From Deltaproteobacteria bacterium (GTDB lineage Bacteria; Myxococcota_A; Polyangia; Fen-1088), in NCBI GenBank assembly GCA_033763315.1, contig JANRKS010000032.1, forward strand, positions 480,001 to 544,000: 64,000 nt of DNA, read 5' to 3'. The notes beneath the pieces are model-generated. The model ran no database searches. It was not told the origin of the DNA and saw only the letters and a program-made list of their open reading frames with translations. The position numbers and the translations under genes are program-made. Positions 9,967-21,460 of this stretch are shown here, piece after piece (the stretch's first letter is position 1; every line of letters begins with the position of its first letter).

Positions 9967-10449
9967 ATGAATCCAGTGAAACTTGGACTGTTGGTTGGGA
10001 TCTTGGGAATGGGTTCTGTGGGCAACGTAGCGTTGGCTGCAGACAAAGCAGCGCAGAAGGATCGGATCGAGGATCGCGCTGACCAGAAAAAGGATCAGAT
10101 TGATCGCAACGCTGACCGGCAAAAGGCGAAGGTGGATGAGGACGCCGAGCGGGCCAAGGATCGCGTTGACGGCAAGGATCGTGATGGCAAGGTCACCGCA
10201 AACGAAAAGACGAGCGTGGGTGAGGAGGTGACCGACGCATGGATCACCACCAAGGTGAAAAGCAGCTTCATTGGAGAAGACGCTCTCAAGGGATCCGACA
10301 TCAGTGTGGACACGGAGAACAAGGGTGTGGTGGTGCTCACGGGCACGGCTCCCACGGTGGGTGCGCGCTTGCGTGCGGCTTCACTCGCGGCGTCCGTTAA
10401 GGGCGTGCGCAGCGTTCGCAATGACATCCGCATTGCGCCCGCACGTTAA
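9967..10449 (+). CDS. BON-domain (OsmY-like) exported protein
   Basis: Signal peptide; DAWITTKVKS...ISVDT..GVVVLTG...GVRSVRNDI; start moved to ATG 9967 on RBS evidence. Confidence 0.9.
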   Translation: MNPVKLGLLVGILGMGSVGNVALAADKAAQKDRIEDRADQKKDQIDRNADRQKAKVDEDAERAKDRVDGKDRDGKVTANEKTSVGEEVTDAWITTKVKSSFIGEDALKGSDISVDTENKGVVVLTGTAPTVGARLRAASLAASVKGVRSVRNDIRIAPAR

Positions 10450-10470
10450 TCGCTGAATCAACAAACAAGT

Positions 10471-10497
10471 CTCGGCCCTGCGGGGCCGAGGCCTTTT
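10471..10497 (+). terminator. Intrinsic terminator
   Basis: CTCGGCCC-TGCG-GGGCCGAG then GCCTTTT. Confidence 0.6.
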
Positions 10498-10524
10498 GGC
10501 TCGTTCATCAGGAAAGATCCGGCT

Positions 10525-11436
10525 ATGTGGATTGAGAACGTCCATTCGCACCACCAAGAGTCACCCACAGTGGCTCGGAAGCAGACGTTTCGTGCACTCG
10601 GCAAGATGTTGTGGGACGCCGCGAAGATGTGGCTCGACAAGAAATCGCCTCGCTTAGGCGCCTCGTTGTCGTACTACGCCGTGTTTTCAATTGCTCCGAC
10701 GCTGCTGGTGGCCCTTTCAATCGCGGGTCTGGTGCTGGGAAGCGACGCCGCTCAAGGGCGCGTGCTTGATGAATTGAAGACCGTGCTTGGCCCCGACGCC
10801 GCGCAACTGGTTCAAACGATGCTCGCCAAATCGTCCGAGCAAAAATCAGGCATCGTTGGCTCGATCGTGGGGATCGTCACTTTGATTCTAGGCGCCACTG
10901 CCGTGATGGTGGAACTGCAGGCGGCGCTCGACATCCTGTGGGATACGGCGCCGCGGACCTCGGGAATCAAAGCGTTGATCAAAGAGCGAATCCTATCGCT
11001 GGCGCTCGTATTGACTGTGGGCTTTTTGTTGGTGGTGTCGTTGTTGGTCAGTGCGGCCATGGTGGCGGTCTCGAATAGCCTTGGTCGGTACATGCCTGGC
11101 ATGGTGGTGCTGGGAACCATTCTGAACAACGTGGTGTCGTTCGGCGTGCTCACCGTGTTCTTTGCGTTGGTGTTTAAATATCTGCCAAACGCGAAGGTGG
11201 CTTGGAAGGACGTCTGGATGGGCGGTCTGCTCACTTCGGCGCTGTTCCAGTTAGGTCGTGCGCTCATTGCGCTTTACATTGGGCGTGCGGGCGTATCTTC
11301 GACGTTCGGTGCCGCCGGTTCGTTGGCTGTGTTGTTGGTTTGGGTTTACTACTCGTCGCAGATTGTTCTTATGGGGGCCGCTGTGACCCGGCTGTGGGCG
11401 GAGCGATTCGGTGGCGGCGCGCCGCGTGGCACGTAA
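10525..11436 (+). CDS. YihY/BrkB family membrane protein
   Basis: GASLSYYAVFSIAP...FGAAGSLAVLLVWVYYSSQI. Confidence 0.92.
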   Translation: MWIENVHSHHQESPTVARKQTFRALGKMLWDAAKMWLDKKSPRLGASLSYYAVFSIAPTLLVALSIAGLVLGSDAAQGRVLDELKTVLGPDAAQLVQTMLAKSSEQKSGIVGSIVGIVTLILGATAVMVELQAALDILWDTAPRTSGIKALIKERILSLALVLTVGFLLVVSLLVSAAMVAVSNSLGRYMPGMVVLGTILNNVVSFGVLTVFFALVFKYLPNAKVAWKDVWMGGLLTSALFQLGRALIALYIGRAGVSSTFGAAGSLAVLLVWVYYSSQIVLMGAAVTRLWAERFGGGAPRGT

Positions 11437-11509
11437 CGCCATCGCACCCCCGGTTACGTCTTTGTGACCGAAATCGTCGTAAATCCTGGGTGCGGAAACA
11501 GGCGTTTTG

Positions 11510-11525
11510 CGGCGTGGGATTTGCA
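11510..11525 (+). promoter_or_regulatory. sigma54-like promoter CGGCGTGGGATTTGCA
   Basis: GG-N10-GC, heads the kinase-cheR-cheB operon; GTAAC-N15-GTTAC upstream at 11433-11457. Confidence 0.55.
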
Positions 11526-11545
11526 AGTCGTTGCGAAATACCCTT

Positions 11546-13276
11546 ATGCCTTCTCCAATTCCGGCGGCCACCCAAAGCCCAACTCCGGCCCCAGCGGCCA
11601 AGGCGGCTGTTTTACTGGTGGACGATAACCCGCACAACTTGGCTGCATTCGAGGCGTCGCTCGATGGCATAGACGCGGAGCTCATCAAATCAACCTCCGG
11701 TGAGCATGCGCTTAGGCAACTGTTGTCGCGCAACGACTTTGCGGTGGTGGTGCTCGACGTTCAGATGCCCATGATGGACGGGTTCGAGACGGCGCGCCTG
11801 ATGCGCTCGCGGCAGCGCAACCAGCAAACGCCCATCATCTTCGTGACCGCATACTCCCGCGACGACGTGCAGGTTCTTGAGGCCTATAAAATGGGCGCCG
11901 TCGACTTCTTGTTTAAGCCCATCACGCCCGAGGTTTTGCGCGCGAAAACGTCGGTGTTTATCGATCTGCACAAACGCTCGGAACAAGTGCGGATGCAGTC
12001 TGAGCTGCTGCGGGAGCACGAACGCCGCGAACATGAGCGGCTGTTGGAAGAAGAGAAGCGCGCTTGGGACGAATCAGCCATGCGCGGACGCCTTGAAGAA
12101 CTGGCGCGATCCGATCAACGCAAGGATGAGTTTCTTGCGATGTTGGGACACGAGTTGCGTACGCCTTTGGCGCCCATCGTGACGGCGCTTCATCTGCTCA
12201 AAGAACGGTTGGGCAACGCTGAGGACGTGGGCTCGCCCGAAGGGAAGATCTTGGCGACCGTGGAACGGCAGATGTCGCATCTGCGTCGTTTGGTCGACGA
12301 TCTGCTTGATATTTCGCGGATCAATTCAGGAAAGATCGAACTTAACCTCGTTGAGGTGTGTCTTGCGGCCCTGGTGAACGAGGTCGTGCAGGGGCTCATG
12401 CCCGCCGCGCAAGAAAGACAACACACACTTGAAGTTGAAATGCCGAGTGAACCTTTGGTGGTCAAAGGTGACGCCGTTCGGCTGACTCAGATCGCGACGA
12501 ACCTGCTGCAGAACGCGTTCCGTTATACAGAGCCGGGCGGACGCATCCGGGTGGGCGTGGTCCGACGCGGCAACGCGGTTGAACTTTACGTCACGGACAA
12601 TGGCACAGGCATTGAGCCGCAATTGCTTTCGGGGGTGTTCGACATGTTCGTGCAGCGGCGCTCGGGCGCCAATGGCGGACTTGGCGTGGGATTGACGCTG
12701 GTGCGGCGTTTGGTGGAGTTACACAGCGGCACGGTGCTGGCATCGAGTGAGGGGCTTGGCAAAGGCAGCCAGTTCACAGTGACGCTGCCCCTGCTTTACG
12801 CCGGCATCCGCGCCAAGGAAAACTGCGAGCACGCTGAAGCGCACGGCGTGGCGCAAGAGCCTCCCCAACTGACGAGCAGCGCTGACTTGCCTGTCGTCGC
12901 CGCCGCGGGAGACTCGGGTACGGTGGCGGTGATCGATGACAACGAAGACATTCGCGAAACCTTGCGCGAATTGCTGGAAGCTTGGAACTACAGCGTGCGC
13001 TGTGCAGGCGATGGCATTGAAGGCGTGGCTTTGATCCTTGAACACAAGCCCGTTGTGTCGTTCGTCGACGTTGGCATGCCACGCATGGATGGCTTCGCCT
13101 TGGCGAGGGAAATTCGCGGACGCTTAGGCGCCGCACCCACGCTGGTGGCGATGACAGGTTTTGGCCGGCCAAGCGATTTCGCTGAGGCCGCCGCCTCAGG
13201 TTTCAACGGCTATTTGGTCAAGCCCATCGACGTCAAAGATCTGCGCAAATTTCTGCCGGCCCCACCCAAAACATGA
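11546..13276 (+). CDS. Hybrid kinase REC-HisKA-HATPase-REC
   Basis: N-terminal REC (LDVQMP), H box [10 protein letters not shown] boxes, C-terminal REC; start set at ATG 11546. Confidence 0.9.
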   Translation: MPSPIPAATQSPTPAPAAKAAVLLVDDNPHNLAAFEASLDGIDAELIKSTSGEHALRQLLSRNDFAVVVLDVQMPMMDGFETARLMRSRQRNQQTPIIFVTAYSRDDVQVLEAYKMGAVDFLFKPITPEVLRAKTSVFIDLHKRSEQVRMQSELLREHERREHERLLEEEKRAWDESAMRGRLEELARSDQRKDEFLAMLGHELRTPLAPIVTALHLLKERLGNAEDVGSPEGKILATVERQMSHLRRLVDDLLDISRINSGKIELNLVEVCLAALVNEVVQGLMPAAQERQHTLEVEMPSEPLVVKGDAVRLTQIATNLLQNAFRYTEPGGRIRVGVVRRGNAVELYVTDNGTGIEPQLLSGVFDMFVQRRSGANGGLGVGLTLVRRLVELHSGTVLASSEGLGKGSQFTVTLPLLYAGIRAKENCEHAEAHGVAQEPPQLTSSADLPVVAAAGDSGTVAVIDDNEDIRETLRELLEAWNYSVRCAGDGIEGVALILEHKPVVSFVDVGMPRMDGFALAREIRGRLGAAPTLVAMTGFGRPSDFAEAAASGFNGYLVKPIDVKDLRKFLPAPPKT

Positions 13277-16200
13277 CAACCACGTCCACCCCCAAAACCG
13301 CCTCCACAAAAGTACGTTCGGCTTCCAACGGCAACGGCGCCTCGCACGCCTCGCCCGTCTTGGACAAAGCATCAGACAAGGCATTCGAGAAAGCCATTCT
13401 CGCTGGTTTGCGGCGTTTGCAGCGCGGCGAATTCGACGCGCGCTTGCCACTTGACCTTGTGGGTACGCAGGGACAAATCGCCGAATCATTCAACGAGGTG
13501 GCCAGCCTTTTGTCTGCACAGGTGGCAGATATGCGCGCGCTGCGCTCCGAGGTGGCTGAGGAAGGGCGCCTGCACAAACGCATGCAGCGGGGCAGCGCCA
13601 AAGGCGGATGGTTGCAGCTGGCAAGCGACACCAACGCCCTGTTGGAGTCGTTGACAGAGCATACGGCCGACGTCATGCGCGTGGTGACGGCGCTTGGCAA
13701 GGGCGATTTCTCGCAACAAGTCGATCCCGACGGGCGCGACGGACCGCTCAAAGGCGATTTCCTGCGGCACGCCCGCGTGCTCAATGGCTTCACTTTGCAA
13801 CTGGTGAATCTCACCGAGGAGATCACAAAAGCGGCTGACTCGATTGCTGTGGAAGGCAAGCTTGGCACGCGTGTGCATGCACGCGGGGTGGCGGGTGCTT
13901 GGAAGGAATTGACAGCAGGCTTCAACCGCGTGGCCAGCAACCTTTCGGAACAGGTGCGCGAGATCGCTGAAGTCACAACTTTGGTGGCGCAAGGCGATCT
14001 GTCTAAGACAGTGAGCGTTGAAGCCAAGGGCGAGATGCTGGCGCTCAAAAAGACAATCAACACGATGGTGGCGCAGCTGGAAGCTTTTGCGTCCGAGGTG
14101 TCGCGTGTGGCGCGCGAGGTGGGCACCGAAGGCATTCTCGGCGGGCAAGCCCGCGTGCGGGGCGTTTCAGGTATTTGGCAAGAGTTGACCGAGAACGTCA
14201 ATTCGATGGCGCACAACCTGACGTCGCAGGTGCGCAACATCTCTGAAGTTTCAAGCGCCATTGCGCGCGGCGATCTGTCGCGAAAGATCTCGGTTGAAGT
14301 CAAAGGCGAGCTTCTTGACCTCAAGAACACCATCAACACAACGGTGGATCGCTTGGGCGCCTTCGCCGCGGAAGTGACGCGTGTGGCACGCGAGGTGGGC
14401 ACCGAAGGCGTGCTGGGCGGGCAGGCCACAGTTAACGGCGTCTCGGGCGTGTGGCGCGAGCTCACCGAGAGCGTCAATGGCATGGCCAACAACCTGACCA
14501 TGCAGGTGCGCAACATCGCCGAGGTGGTGACGGCGATCGCGCAAGGCGATCTGCGCCACAAGATCACCGTGGAAGCGCGTGGTGAAATCCAAACCTTGAA
14601 GGCAACGATCAACACGACGGTGGATAAGCTCAACCGTTTCGCGGCGCAGGTGTCGCGCGTGGCTCGATTGGTGGGCACCGAAGGCACGCTCGGTGTGCAA
14701 GCCGAAGTGTCGGAAGTCTCGGGCGTGTGGCGTGAACTCACCGACAACGTGAATCAAATGGGCCGCAACCTGACGAACCAGGTGCGCGACATTGCCACGG
14801 TCACAACGGCTGTGGCCAACGGCGATCTGACCAAGAAGATCACAGTGGAGGTTCGTGGTGAGTTGCTGCAGCTGAAAAACACCATCAACACGATGGTGGA
14901 TCAACTGAGCACGTTCGCTGATCAGGTTACGCGGTTGGCCACCGAAGTGGGCACCGAAGGCAAGCTGGGCGGGCAAGCCGACGTGCGCGGCGCTGCCGGC
15001 ACGTGGCGCCACCTGACCGATGCCGTCAACTCGATGGCGAACAATCTGACCCTGCAGGTGCGAAATATCTCGCAAGCCGCCACCGCGATCGCGGCCGGCG
15101 ATCTCACGCGCAAGATTGAGGTCGAAGCGCGTGGCGAAGTGTTGGAAGTGAAGAACACCTTCAATGCGATGCTTGACCAACTGGGTGCGTTCGCGGCGGA
15201 AGTGAGCCGTGTGGCACGCGAGGTGGGGATGGACGGCCGCCTGGGCGCGCAAGCTTCAGTGGCTGGCGTGCGCGGCATCTGGAAGGAGCTCACCGACAAC
15301 GTCAACCTGTTGGCCAGCAACCTCACCAGCCAGGTGCGTGACATCGCGCAGGTGGCCTCGGCCATCGCCCAAGGCGATTTAAGCCGCAAAGTGACCGTGG
15401 AAGTGCGGGGCGAAATTTTTGAACTCAAGAGCACGATCAACACCATGGTGGATCAGCTGAGCAGCTTCGCGGCCGAAGTGACGCGCGTGTCAAGAGACGT
15501 GGGCGTCGAAGGGGTCTTGGGGGGGCAGGCCGCGGTACGGGGCGTCTCCGGCGTGTGGCGTGAGCTCACGGACAACGTGAACTTAATGGCCAGCAACCTA
15601 ACCAATCAGGTGCGCGACATCGCTGAAGTCACGACCGCTGTGGCGAACGGTGATCTGACCCGCAAGATCACGGTGGAGGTGCGCGGCGAATTGGCCGAGC
15701 TGAAGAAGACCATCAACACGATGGTGGATCAGCTCAATGCCTTCGGCGCCGAAGTGAGCCGTGTGGCGCGCGAGGTCGGCACCGAAGGCGTCCTGGGTGG
15801 GCAAGCCAATGTGCCGGGCATTTCCGGGGTCTGGAAAGAGCTCACAGACAACGTGAACTTGATGGCCCGCAACCTGACGGCGCAGGTGGGCGGTATCGCG
15901 CGCGTCGTGACCGCGGTGGCACGCGGGGATCTTACCCAGAAGCTGGCGCTTGAGGCGCGCGGCGAGATTGCGTCTTTGGTCGATACGATCAACGGCATGA
16001 TTGATACGCTTTCGGTGTTTGCACAACAGGTCACCGGCGTGGCCAGGGACGTGGGTGTCGAAGGGCGCTTGGGGGGGCAAGCGGATGTGCCGGGCGCCGC
16101 AGGCCTGTGGCGCGATCTCACCAACAACGTGAACGAACTCGCCGGCAACCTCACGCGACAGGTGCGCGCCATTGGTGACGTGGCTACGGCCGTGACGAAG

Positions 16201-19032
16201 GGCGATTTGACCCAATCCATCACGGTCGACGCCCGCGGCGAAGTTGCGCAGCTCAAGGACAACATCAACCAGATGATCCGCACGCTGGCGGACACCACCA
16301 CCACCAACCAACAACAGGATTGGTTAAAGACCAACCTGGCACGTTTTACCCGCATGCTGCAGGGCCAGCGCGATCTCGGGGCTCTGGCCAACCAAGTGTT
16401 AAGCGAATTGGCGCCCGTTGTGGGCGCGCAGCACGGCACGTTCTTCTTGGCCGAAACGCATGACGGCAAGACGCAGCTCAAACTGTTTGCGTCCTACGCT
16501 TACCGTGAGCGCAAGGGCGTGGCGAACGTTTTTGGCATTGGCGAAGGTGTGGTGGGGCAGGCGGCCCGCGAATTGCGACGCATCACCATCACCGAAGTTC
16601 CTGACGACTACGTCAAGATATCGTCTTCGCTCGGTGAAGCCACGCCACGGTGTGTGGTGGTCGTGCCGATTGTGTTCGAGGGCCTGATCAAGGGCGCGCT
16701 TGAGTTCGCGTCGTTTACGGATTTCACACCCATTCAGCTGGCGCTTTTGGATCAGCTGGTCGAAAGCTTGGGCATCGTGGTGGCCGCCGTGGAAGCCACC
16801 ATGCGTACTGACGATCTGTTGCGCAAGTCGCAAGGTATGGCTGAAGAGCTGCAAACGCAACAGGAAGAGCTGCAGCAAACCAACGAAGAGCTGGAGGAAA
16901 AGGCCAGCCAGTTGACCGAGCAGAAGTCAGAGGTTGAGCGCAAGAACCGAGAAGTGGAGCTGGCCCGCCAAGAGCTGGAGGAGAAGGCGGAACAGCTCAC
17001 CCTGACCTCGCGGTATAAGTCCGAATTCCTTGCCAACATGTCGCACGAGCTGCGAACGCCCCTTAACAGCTTGTTGATACTTTCGCGGCAACTTGCGGAG
17101 AACCGCGCTGGGAACCTATCTGAAAAGCAGGTGGAGTTTGCGCGCACAATCAACCAAGCCGGCGCCGACCTGCTGTCATTGATCAACGAAATCTTGGATC
17201 TCGCCAAGGTTGAGTCGGGAACGCTTGAACTCGATTTTTCGCGTGTTGCGATCAGTGACCTGCAAGACTACGTGCTGCGGACGTTTGAGCCGATGGCCAG
17301 CGAAAAGCACCTGACGTTCAAGGTCAATGTGGCACTTGACGTGCCGTCGCACTTGAACACAGACGACATGCGTCTTAAGCAGATCCTGCGCAATCTTCTG
17401 TCGAACGCACTCAAGTTCACCGAGAAGGGAAGCGTTTCCCTGACGCTCGAAAAGGCCGGGGTCCCGTATGCCGGGGGCGGGGCCGTGGCGTTCCACGTGA
17501 GCGATACAGGCATCGGCATTCCACGCGACAAACAGCGCATCGTCTTCGAGGCCTTCCAACAAGCCGATGGCAGCACCAGTCGCAAATTTGGTGGCACCGG
17601 CCTCGGCTTGGCGATTAGCCGTGAGATCGCCACGCTGCTGGGAGGCGAGATTCGCTTAAGCAGTGAACCAGGTGTGGGCAGCACGTTCTCGCTTTACCTG
17701 CCTGTCGATTCGTCGCAGGTGGCGCGACGTCCAATGCCCGTGGCCCGGCCGTTGGCACCAGATCCACGCCCGTTGCCGCCCGCGGAAGCGCCGGCGTCTG
17801 TCCCCCGCCGCGGGCTCTCGTCCAACGTGCAGGACGATCGACGCGACTTGAGTTCGGGCGATCGCAGCGTGCTCATCGTGGAGGACGATGAAGTGTTCTC
17901 GCAACTCTTGGTTGGCCTCGCGCGCGAGCGTGGCTTCAAAGCCGTGGTTGCCGCTGCAGGGGCAGACGCGTTTGAATTGGCCAAAGAACTGCAACCGGAC
18001 GCGGTGACCCTGGACCTCGGTCTGCCTGACATGGACGGGTGGGTGTTGTTGGATCAGCTCAAGCATCACCCTCAAACGCGGCACATTCCGGTTCACGTGA
18101 TCAGCGGCACTGAGGCATCCAAGCGAGGCCTTGAACAAGGGGCGTTGCAGGTTTTGCAAAAGCCCGTCTCTGCGGACGCCCTCAACGGCCTGTTTTCGAG
18201 CATGCAAACGTTCCTCGAAAAGCGCGTGAAGAACCTTCTGATTGTGGAAGACGATGCCAACCAACGCAGCAGCATCGTTGAACTCATCGGCGAGGGCGAC
18301 GTGAGTACCACCGCGGTGGGGTCGGCCAAAGAAGCCTTGGCGGAGCTAGAAAGCAAGCCCTACGACTGCATGGTTCTGGATCTCCGTCTGCCGGATATGA
18401 CGGGTTTCGAATTGATCCGTGAACTCAAAGAGCGCCCTAACCTGCGCCGCGTGCCGATCGTGGTGTATACAGGGAAAGAACTAACGCGCCCGGAGGAGCT
18501 TGAGCTGCGGCGGCTGGCCGATAGCATCATCGTCAAAGATGCGCGCTCGCCCGAACGCCTGCTTGATGAAACTGCGTTGTTCTTGCACCGGGTGGAGGCA
18601 CAATTGCCGCCGCCCAAGCGCGAAATCTTGCGTCGCTTGGCCGAAACCGATCCGGCTTTGGCGGGCAAACATGTGCTGGTGGTGGACGACGACGCTCGCA
18701 ATCTGTTTGCCATCACCACGCTCCTTGAACAACACGACATGCGCGTGTCGTTCGCAGAAAACGGTAAAGAGGCACTGGCGAAGCTTTCCACTTTGGATGA
18801 CGTCAACGTTGTGTTGATGGACATCATGATGCCTGAAATGAACGGCTATGAAGCCACCCAAGCGATTCGGAAGATGCCCGAGTACGCGAACCTGCCCGTG
18901 ATTGCCCTGACGGCCAAGGCAATGAAGGGCGACCGCGAGAAGTGCTTGGAAGCGGGCGCCTCGGATTACATCACCAAACCCGTGGACCCCGATCAATTGG
19001 TGTCGTTGTTGCGCGTGTGGCTTTACAAGTAA
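13273..19032 (+). CDS. Cytoplasmic poly-HAMP-GAF hybrid histidine kinase with three REC domains (OsaA / fungal group III-like)
   Basis: Ten ~92-aa repeats (GxWxELTxxVNxMAxNLT), [19 protein letters not shown], three REC domains; no TM segment. Confidence 0.93.
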   Translation: MTTTSTPKTASTKVRSASNGNGASHASPVLDKASDKAFEKAILAGLRRLQRGEFDARLPLDLVGTQGQIAESFNEVASLLSAQVADMRALRSEVAEEGRLHKRMQRGSAKGGWLQLASDTNALLESLTEHTADVMRVVTALGKGDFSQQVDPDGRDGPLKGDFLRHARVLNGFTLQLVNLTEEITKAADSIAVEGKLGTRVHARGVAGAWKELTAGFNRVASNLSEQVREIAEVTTLVAQGDLSKTVSVEAKGEMLALKKTINTMVAQLEAFASEVSRVAREVGTEGILGGQARVRGVSGIWQELTENVNSMAHNLTSQVRNISEVSSAIARGDLSRKISVEVKGELLDLKNTINTTVDRLGAFAAEVTRVAREVGTEGVLGGQATVNGVSGVWRELTESVNGMANNLTMQVRNIAEVVTAIAQGDLRHKITVEARGEIQTLKATINTTVDKLNRFAAQVSRVARLVGTEGTLGVQAEVSEVSGVWRELTDNVNQMGRNLTNQVRDIATVTTAVANGDLTKKITVEVRGELLQLKNTINTMVDQLSTFADQVTRLATEVGTEGKLGGQADVRGAAGTWRHLTDAVNSMANNLTLQVRNISQAATAIAAGDLTRKIEVEARGEVLEVKNTFNAMLDQLGAFAAEVSRVAREVGMDGRLGAQASVAGVRGIWKELTDNVNLLASNLTSQVRDIAQVASAIAQGDLSRKVTVEVRGEIFELKSTINTMVDQLSSFAAEVTRVSRDVGVEGVLGGQAAVRGVSGVWRELTDNVNLMASNLTNQVRDIAEVTTAVANGDLTRKITVEVRGELAELKKTINTMVDQLNAFGAEVSRVAREVGTEGVLGGQANVPGISGVWKELTDNVNLMARNLTAQVGGIARVVTAVARGDLTQKLALEARGEIASLVDTINGMIDTLSVFAQQVTGVARDVGVEGRLGGQADVPGAAGLWRDLTNNVNELAGNLTRQVRAIGDVATAVTKGDLTQSITVDARGEVAQLKDNINQMIRTLADTTTTNQQQDWLKTNLARFTRMLQGQRDLGALANQVLSELAPVVGAQHGTFFLAETHDGKTQLKLFASYAYRERKGVANVFGIGEGVVGQAARELRRITITEVPDDYVKISSSLGEATPRCVVVVPIVFEGLIKGALEFASFTDFTPIQLALLDQLVESLGIVVAAVEATMRTDDLLRKSQGMAEELQTQQEELQQTNEELEEKASQLTEQKSEVERKNREVELARQELEEKAEQLTLTSRYKSEFLANMSHELRTPLNSLLILSRQLAENRAGNLSEKQVEFARTINQAGADLLSLINEILDLAKVESGTLELDFSRVAISDLQDYVLRTFEPMASEKHLTFKVNVALDVPSHLNTDDMRLKQILRNLLSNALKFTEKGSVSLTLEKAGVPYAGGGAVAFHVSDTGIGIPRDKQRIVFEAFQQADGSTSRKFGGTGLGLAISREIATLLGGEIRLSSEPGVGSTFSLYLPVDSSQVARRPMPVARPLAPDPRPLPPAEAPASVPRRGLSSNVQDDRRDLSSGDRSVLIVEDDEVFSQLLVGLARERGFKAVVAAAGADAFELAKELQPDAVTLDLGLPDMDGWVLLDQLKHHPQTRHIPVHVISGTEASKRGLEQGALQVLQKPVSADALNGLFSSMQTFLEKRVKNLLIVEDDANQRSSIVELIGEGDVSTTAVGSAKEALAELESKPYDCMVLDLRLPDMTGFELIRELKERPNLRRVPIVVYTGKELTRPEELELRRLADSIIVKDARSPERLLDETALFLHRVEAQLPPPKREILRRLAETDPALAGKHVLVVDDDARNLFAITTLLEQHDMRVSFAENGKEALAKLSTLDDVNVVLMDIMMPEMNGYEATQAIRKMPEYANLPVIALTAKAMKGDREKCLEAGASDYITKPVDPDQLVSLLRVWLYK
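13560..16300 (+). repeat. Intragenic ~276-bp tandem repeats encoding the poly-HAMP array
   Basis: For example GGCGTTTCAGGTATTTGG at 14161 vs GGCGTCTCGGGCGTGTGG at 14437; synonymous divergence between units; boundaries approximate. Confidence 0.85.
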
Positions 19033-19050
19033 CCGGAAAGGGGGAGGGCC

Positions 19051-19881
19051 GTGCGGGCTGACGCCAACTTGCGCGAAATCGAAATCGACCTGCTCCTTGA
19101 GGGCATTTTTCGCCTTTACGGTTACGATTTTCGCGACTACGCGCGGCCTTCGTTGTTTCGACGCATCAACCGGACCCTCGAACGCGAGGGACTAGAGCGT
19201 TTTACGCAGCTTTTGGATCGTGTGCTTACCGATCCGATGGCGATGACCCGTCTCATCGAATCCATTTCGGTTCACACCACTTCGATGTTTCGTGACCCAG
19301 AGGTTTATGCGGCCATCCGCGAAAAGGTGGTGCCCATCTTGCGGACGTATCCGTTTGCGCGCATCTGGGTCACGGGCTGCTCCTCGGGCGAAGAAGTCTA
19401 TTCGCTGGCGATCTTGCTTACCGAGGAGGGCGTTTATGATCGGGTGCGCATCTACGCCACGGATATCAGTGACCCCATCTTGGATCGCGCGCGGCAAGGC
19501 ATCATGCCGCTTCATAACATGCGTGAGTATACGCATGCCTACCAGCTGGCAGGAGGCCGCGAGGACTTTTCCCAATACTACCTAACCGATGCGTCACACG
19601 CCATTATGCGCAGTCACCTGAGGCGCAATGTCGTGTTTTCGCAGCACAACTTGGCCAGCGACCAAGCGTTTAATGAATTTCATTTGGTGATGTGTCGCAA
19701 CGTGAACATCTATTTTGCGGAGCCGTTGCAGCGCAAAGTGTTCTCGCTGATACACCAAAGTCTTGCGCCGTTTGGTGTTTTGGTGCTGGGCAAGAAGGAA
19801 AGCCTGCGAGGCAGCCCGAACGCCGCGGAATACGAAGAGCTCGTGCCCAGTCACCGCATCTACAAGAAGAAGGGAAAGTGA
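19051..19881 (+). CDS. cheR: CheR-type protein-glutamate methyltransferase
   Basis: YGYDFRDY, TSMFRD, IWVTGCSSGEEVYS, ATDI, CRNVNIYF. Confidence 0.92.
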   Translation: MRADANLREIEIDLLLEGIFRLYGYDFRDYARPSLFRRINRTLEREGLERFTQLLDRVLTDPMAMTRLIESISVHTTSMFRDPEVYAAIREKVVPILRTYPFARIWVTGCSSGEEVYSLAILLTEEGVYDRVRIYATDISDPILDRARQGIMPLHNMREYTHAYQLAGGREDFSQYYLTDASHAIMRSHLRRNVVFSQHNLASDQAFNEFHLVMCRNVNIYFAEPLQRKVFSLIHQSLAPFGVLVLGKKESLRGSPNAAEYEELVPSHRIYKKKGK

Positions 19882-19882
19882 G

Positions 19883-20482
19883 ATGCGGTTGGTAGCCGTG
19901 GGGGTGTCTCTCGGGGGCTTAGACGCGGTTCGAAGACTGCTGCGGGCGTTGCCTGCACAAGTGCGTGATCCGATCGTATTGGTGCAACACAGGCGCCACG
20001 ATGTGGGGGCCGGCCCTTTGGTTTCGCTGCTGGCTGAGTGCACCAAGCGCGTGGTGGTAGAGCCTGAGGACAAAACGCCATTGCAGGAGTGGCACGTTTT
20101 TGTAGCGCCGGCTGGTTATCACTTGCTTGTGGGCTTAAAGGAGTTGTCGTTGTCTATGGAACCACCCGTGCGGTACGCGCGGCCTTCCATTGACGTGCTG
20201 TTTGAATCGGCGGCGGTCTCGTTTGGAGAAGATCTCACCGCTGTGGTTTTAACGGGCGCCTCGGACGATGGGGCTGCCGGCGCCGCGATGGTTCGAAAAT
20301 GTGGCGGTCGTGTGTTTGTGCAGACGCCTGCGTTGTCAGAAAGCGCTGTGGCACCCTTGGCGACAAAGGCGAGGCTGTTGCCCGACCTGGAGGGTGACAT
20401 CGAAGTCCTTGCGCAGGGCCTGCTTCGCGAGGTGGAGTCTCCGCGCGTACGCCGCGGGCGCCGGATGGCACGAGACTTGTAG
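19883..20482 (+). CDS. cheB: CheB-type methylesterase (catalytic domain only)
   Basis: Catalytic Ser (GVSLGG), His (VQH) and Asp (LTGASDDG); RPSIDVLFES; no REC domain; start ATG 19883. Confidence 0.88.
   Translation: MRLVAVGVSLGGLDAVRRLLRALPAQVRDPIVLVQHRRHDVGAGPLVSLLAECTKRVVVEPEDKTPLQEWHVFVAPAGYHLLVGLKELSLSMEPPVRYARPSIDVLFESAAVSFGEDLTAVVLTGASDDGAAGAAMVRKCGGRVFVQTPALSESAVAPLATKARLLPDLEGDIEVLAQGLLREVESPRVRRGRRMARDL
20466..20481 (+). promoter_or_regulatory. sigma54-like promoter TGGCACGAGACTTGTA inside the cheB 3' end
   Basis: Perfect -24 element, -12 GT variant; ends 24 nt before ATG 20505. Confidence 0.6.
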
Positions 20483-20504
20483 TGCTTCTGTGCAAGGGCG
20501 GACC

Positions 20505-20825
20505 ATGAAAAGCGATAGACATGACGACGCGGACGCCTTCATTCGTGAGGATGAAGCAGGCAAAGCCGGCGACGATTTGGCCGAGATGTTGGCCGAAGAG
20601 TTCCTAGAGAACGCCACGAGCGGCGAAAGCACGAACAACGATGTTCATGACGAACTCATTACAGAAGAGATGGGCGGACCGTTTGTGATTACGGCCGCAC
20701 GCACTGAATTTGGCGACACCGTGAATCAAGACGACGACGACGAAACGGCAGAGCAGGACGGCATCGAGAAAGAAAGCTTTCCGCAAGCCAACGCGCCGCT
20801 GATCGTGAAGCCACGTCGCAAGTAG
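20505..20825 (+). CDS. Acidic hypothetical protein
   Basis: ATG 20505; D/E-rich 106 aa (DDLAEMLAEEFLENATSGE...EEMGGPFV) with a basic tail. Confidence 0.7.
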   Translation: MKSDRHDDADAFIREDEAGKAGDDLAEMLAEEFLENATSGESTNNDVHDELITEEMGGPFVITAARTEFGDTVNQDDDDETAEQDGIEKESFPQANAPLIVKPRRK

Positions 20826-20911
20826 CGACGCGGTTGCGTCCTGTTCCATGCGCGGAACCCATGCATGCGTTCTGCCGAAATTGAAGAGCCTCGCACGCAA
20901 AGAGGGGCACT

Positions 20912-20927
20912 TGGCACATCGCTTGAA
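20912..20927 (+). promoter_or_regulatory. sigma54-like promoter TGGCACATCGCTTGAA
   Basis: Strong -24 element, -12 GA variant. Confidence 0.6.
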
Positions 20928-20950
20928 GAACAAAGAATTCGGAGGATCAC

Positions 20951-21403
20951 ATGGAAAACACGAATAGCCGAGACTCGATCGATAAGCTCAATGAGCTTTT
21001 GCGTGGCGAATTGTCCGCGGTTGAAACATACAGCCAGGCCCTGCAAAAAATTGAAGAGCCATTTTCTGCGCGTGAAGAGCTGCAAAGGTGCCACGCCGCC
21101 CATCTTTCACGCGTGAATTTGCTTCGCCAAGCAGTCATCAACCTGGGTGGTGATCCGGCTGCAAGCTCGGGCGCGTGGGGAAGTTTTGCCAAGTTGGTGG
21201 AGGGCACGGCGACCCCGCTTGGCGCCAAGATGGCAATCGCGGCCCTCGAAGAGGGCGAAGATCACGGCCTCAACGAATACAATGAGGCCCTCAATGACCT
21301 GGATGCGGCGAGCCGCGCCTTGGTGGATCGGGATCTGTTGCCTGGGCAACAGGCAACGCATCGTGCGTTGAGTACTTTGAAGCGGCAGATGTCTGCCGCC
21401 TGA
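20951..21403 (+). CDS. PA2169/DUF2383 ferritin-like four-helix-bundle protein
   Basis: LNELLRGELSAVETY...LEEGEDHG..EY; RBS GGAGGA. Confidence 0.88.
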   Translation: MENTNSRDSIDKLNELLRGELSAVETYSQALQKIEEPFSAREELQRCHAAHLSRVNLLRQAVINLGGDPAASSGAWGSFAKLVEGTATPLGAKMAIAALEEGEDHGLNEYNEALNDLDAASRALVDRDLLPGQQATHRALSTLKRQMSAA

Positions 21404-21460
21404 ATTTTGGGTGGGGTAGGGAGGCAAACGCAGACACGTGGGGCTTTCATGGGGCCAGCC

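Noticed and set aside
13560-16300. 276-bp periodic repeats as a CRISPR or non-coding array
   Set aside because: In frame, synonymously diverged, no unique spacers; fully explained by HAMP units
13233-16481. Long antisense ORFs (504, 333, 250 and 238 aa) opposite the poly-HAMP kinase
   Set aside because: Shadow ORFs caused by GC-rich codon bias of the repeated sense gene; they mirror the repeats and have no domain of their own
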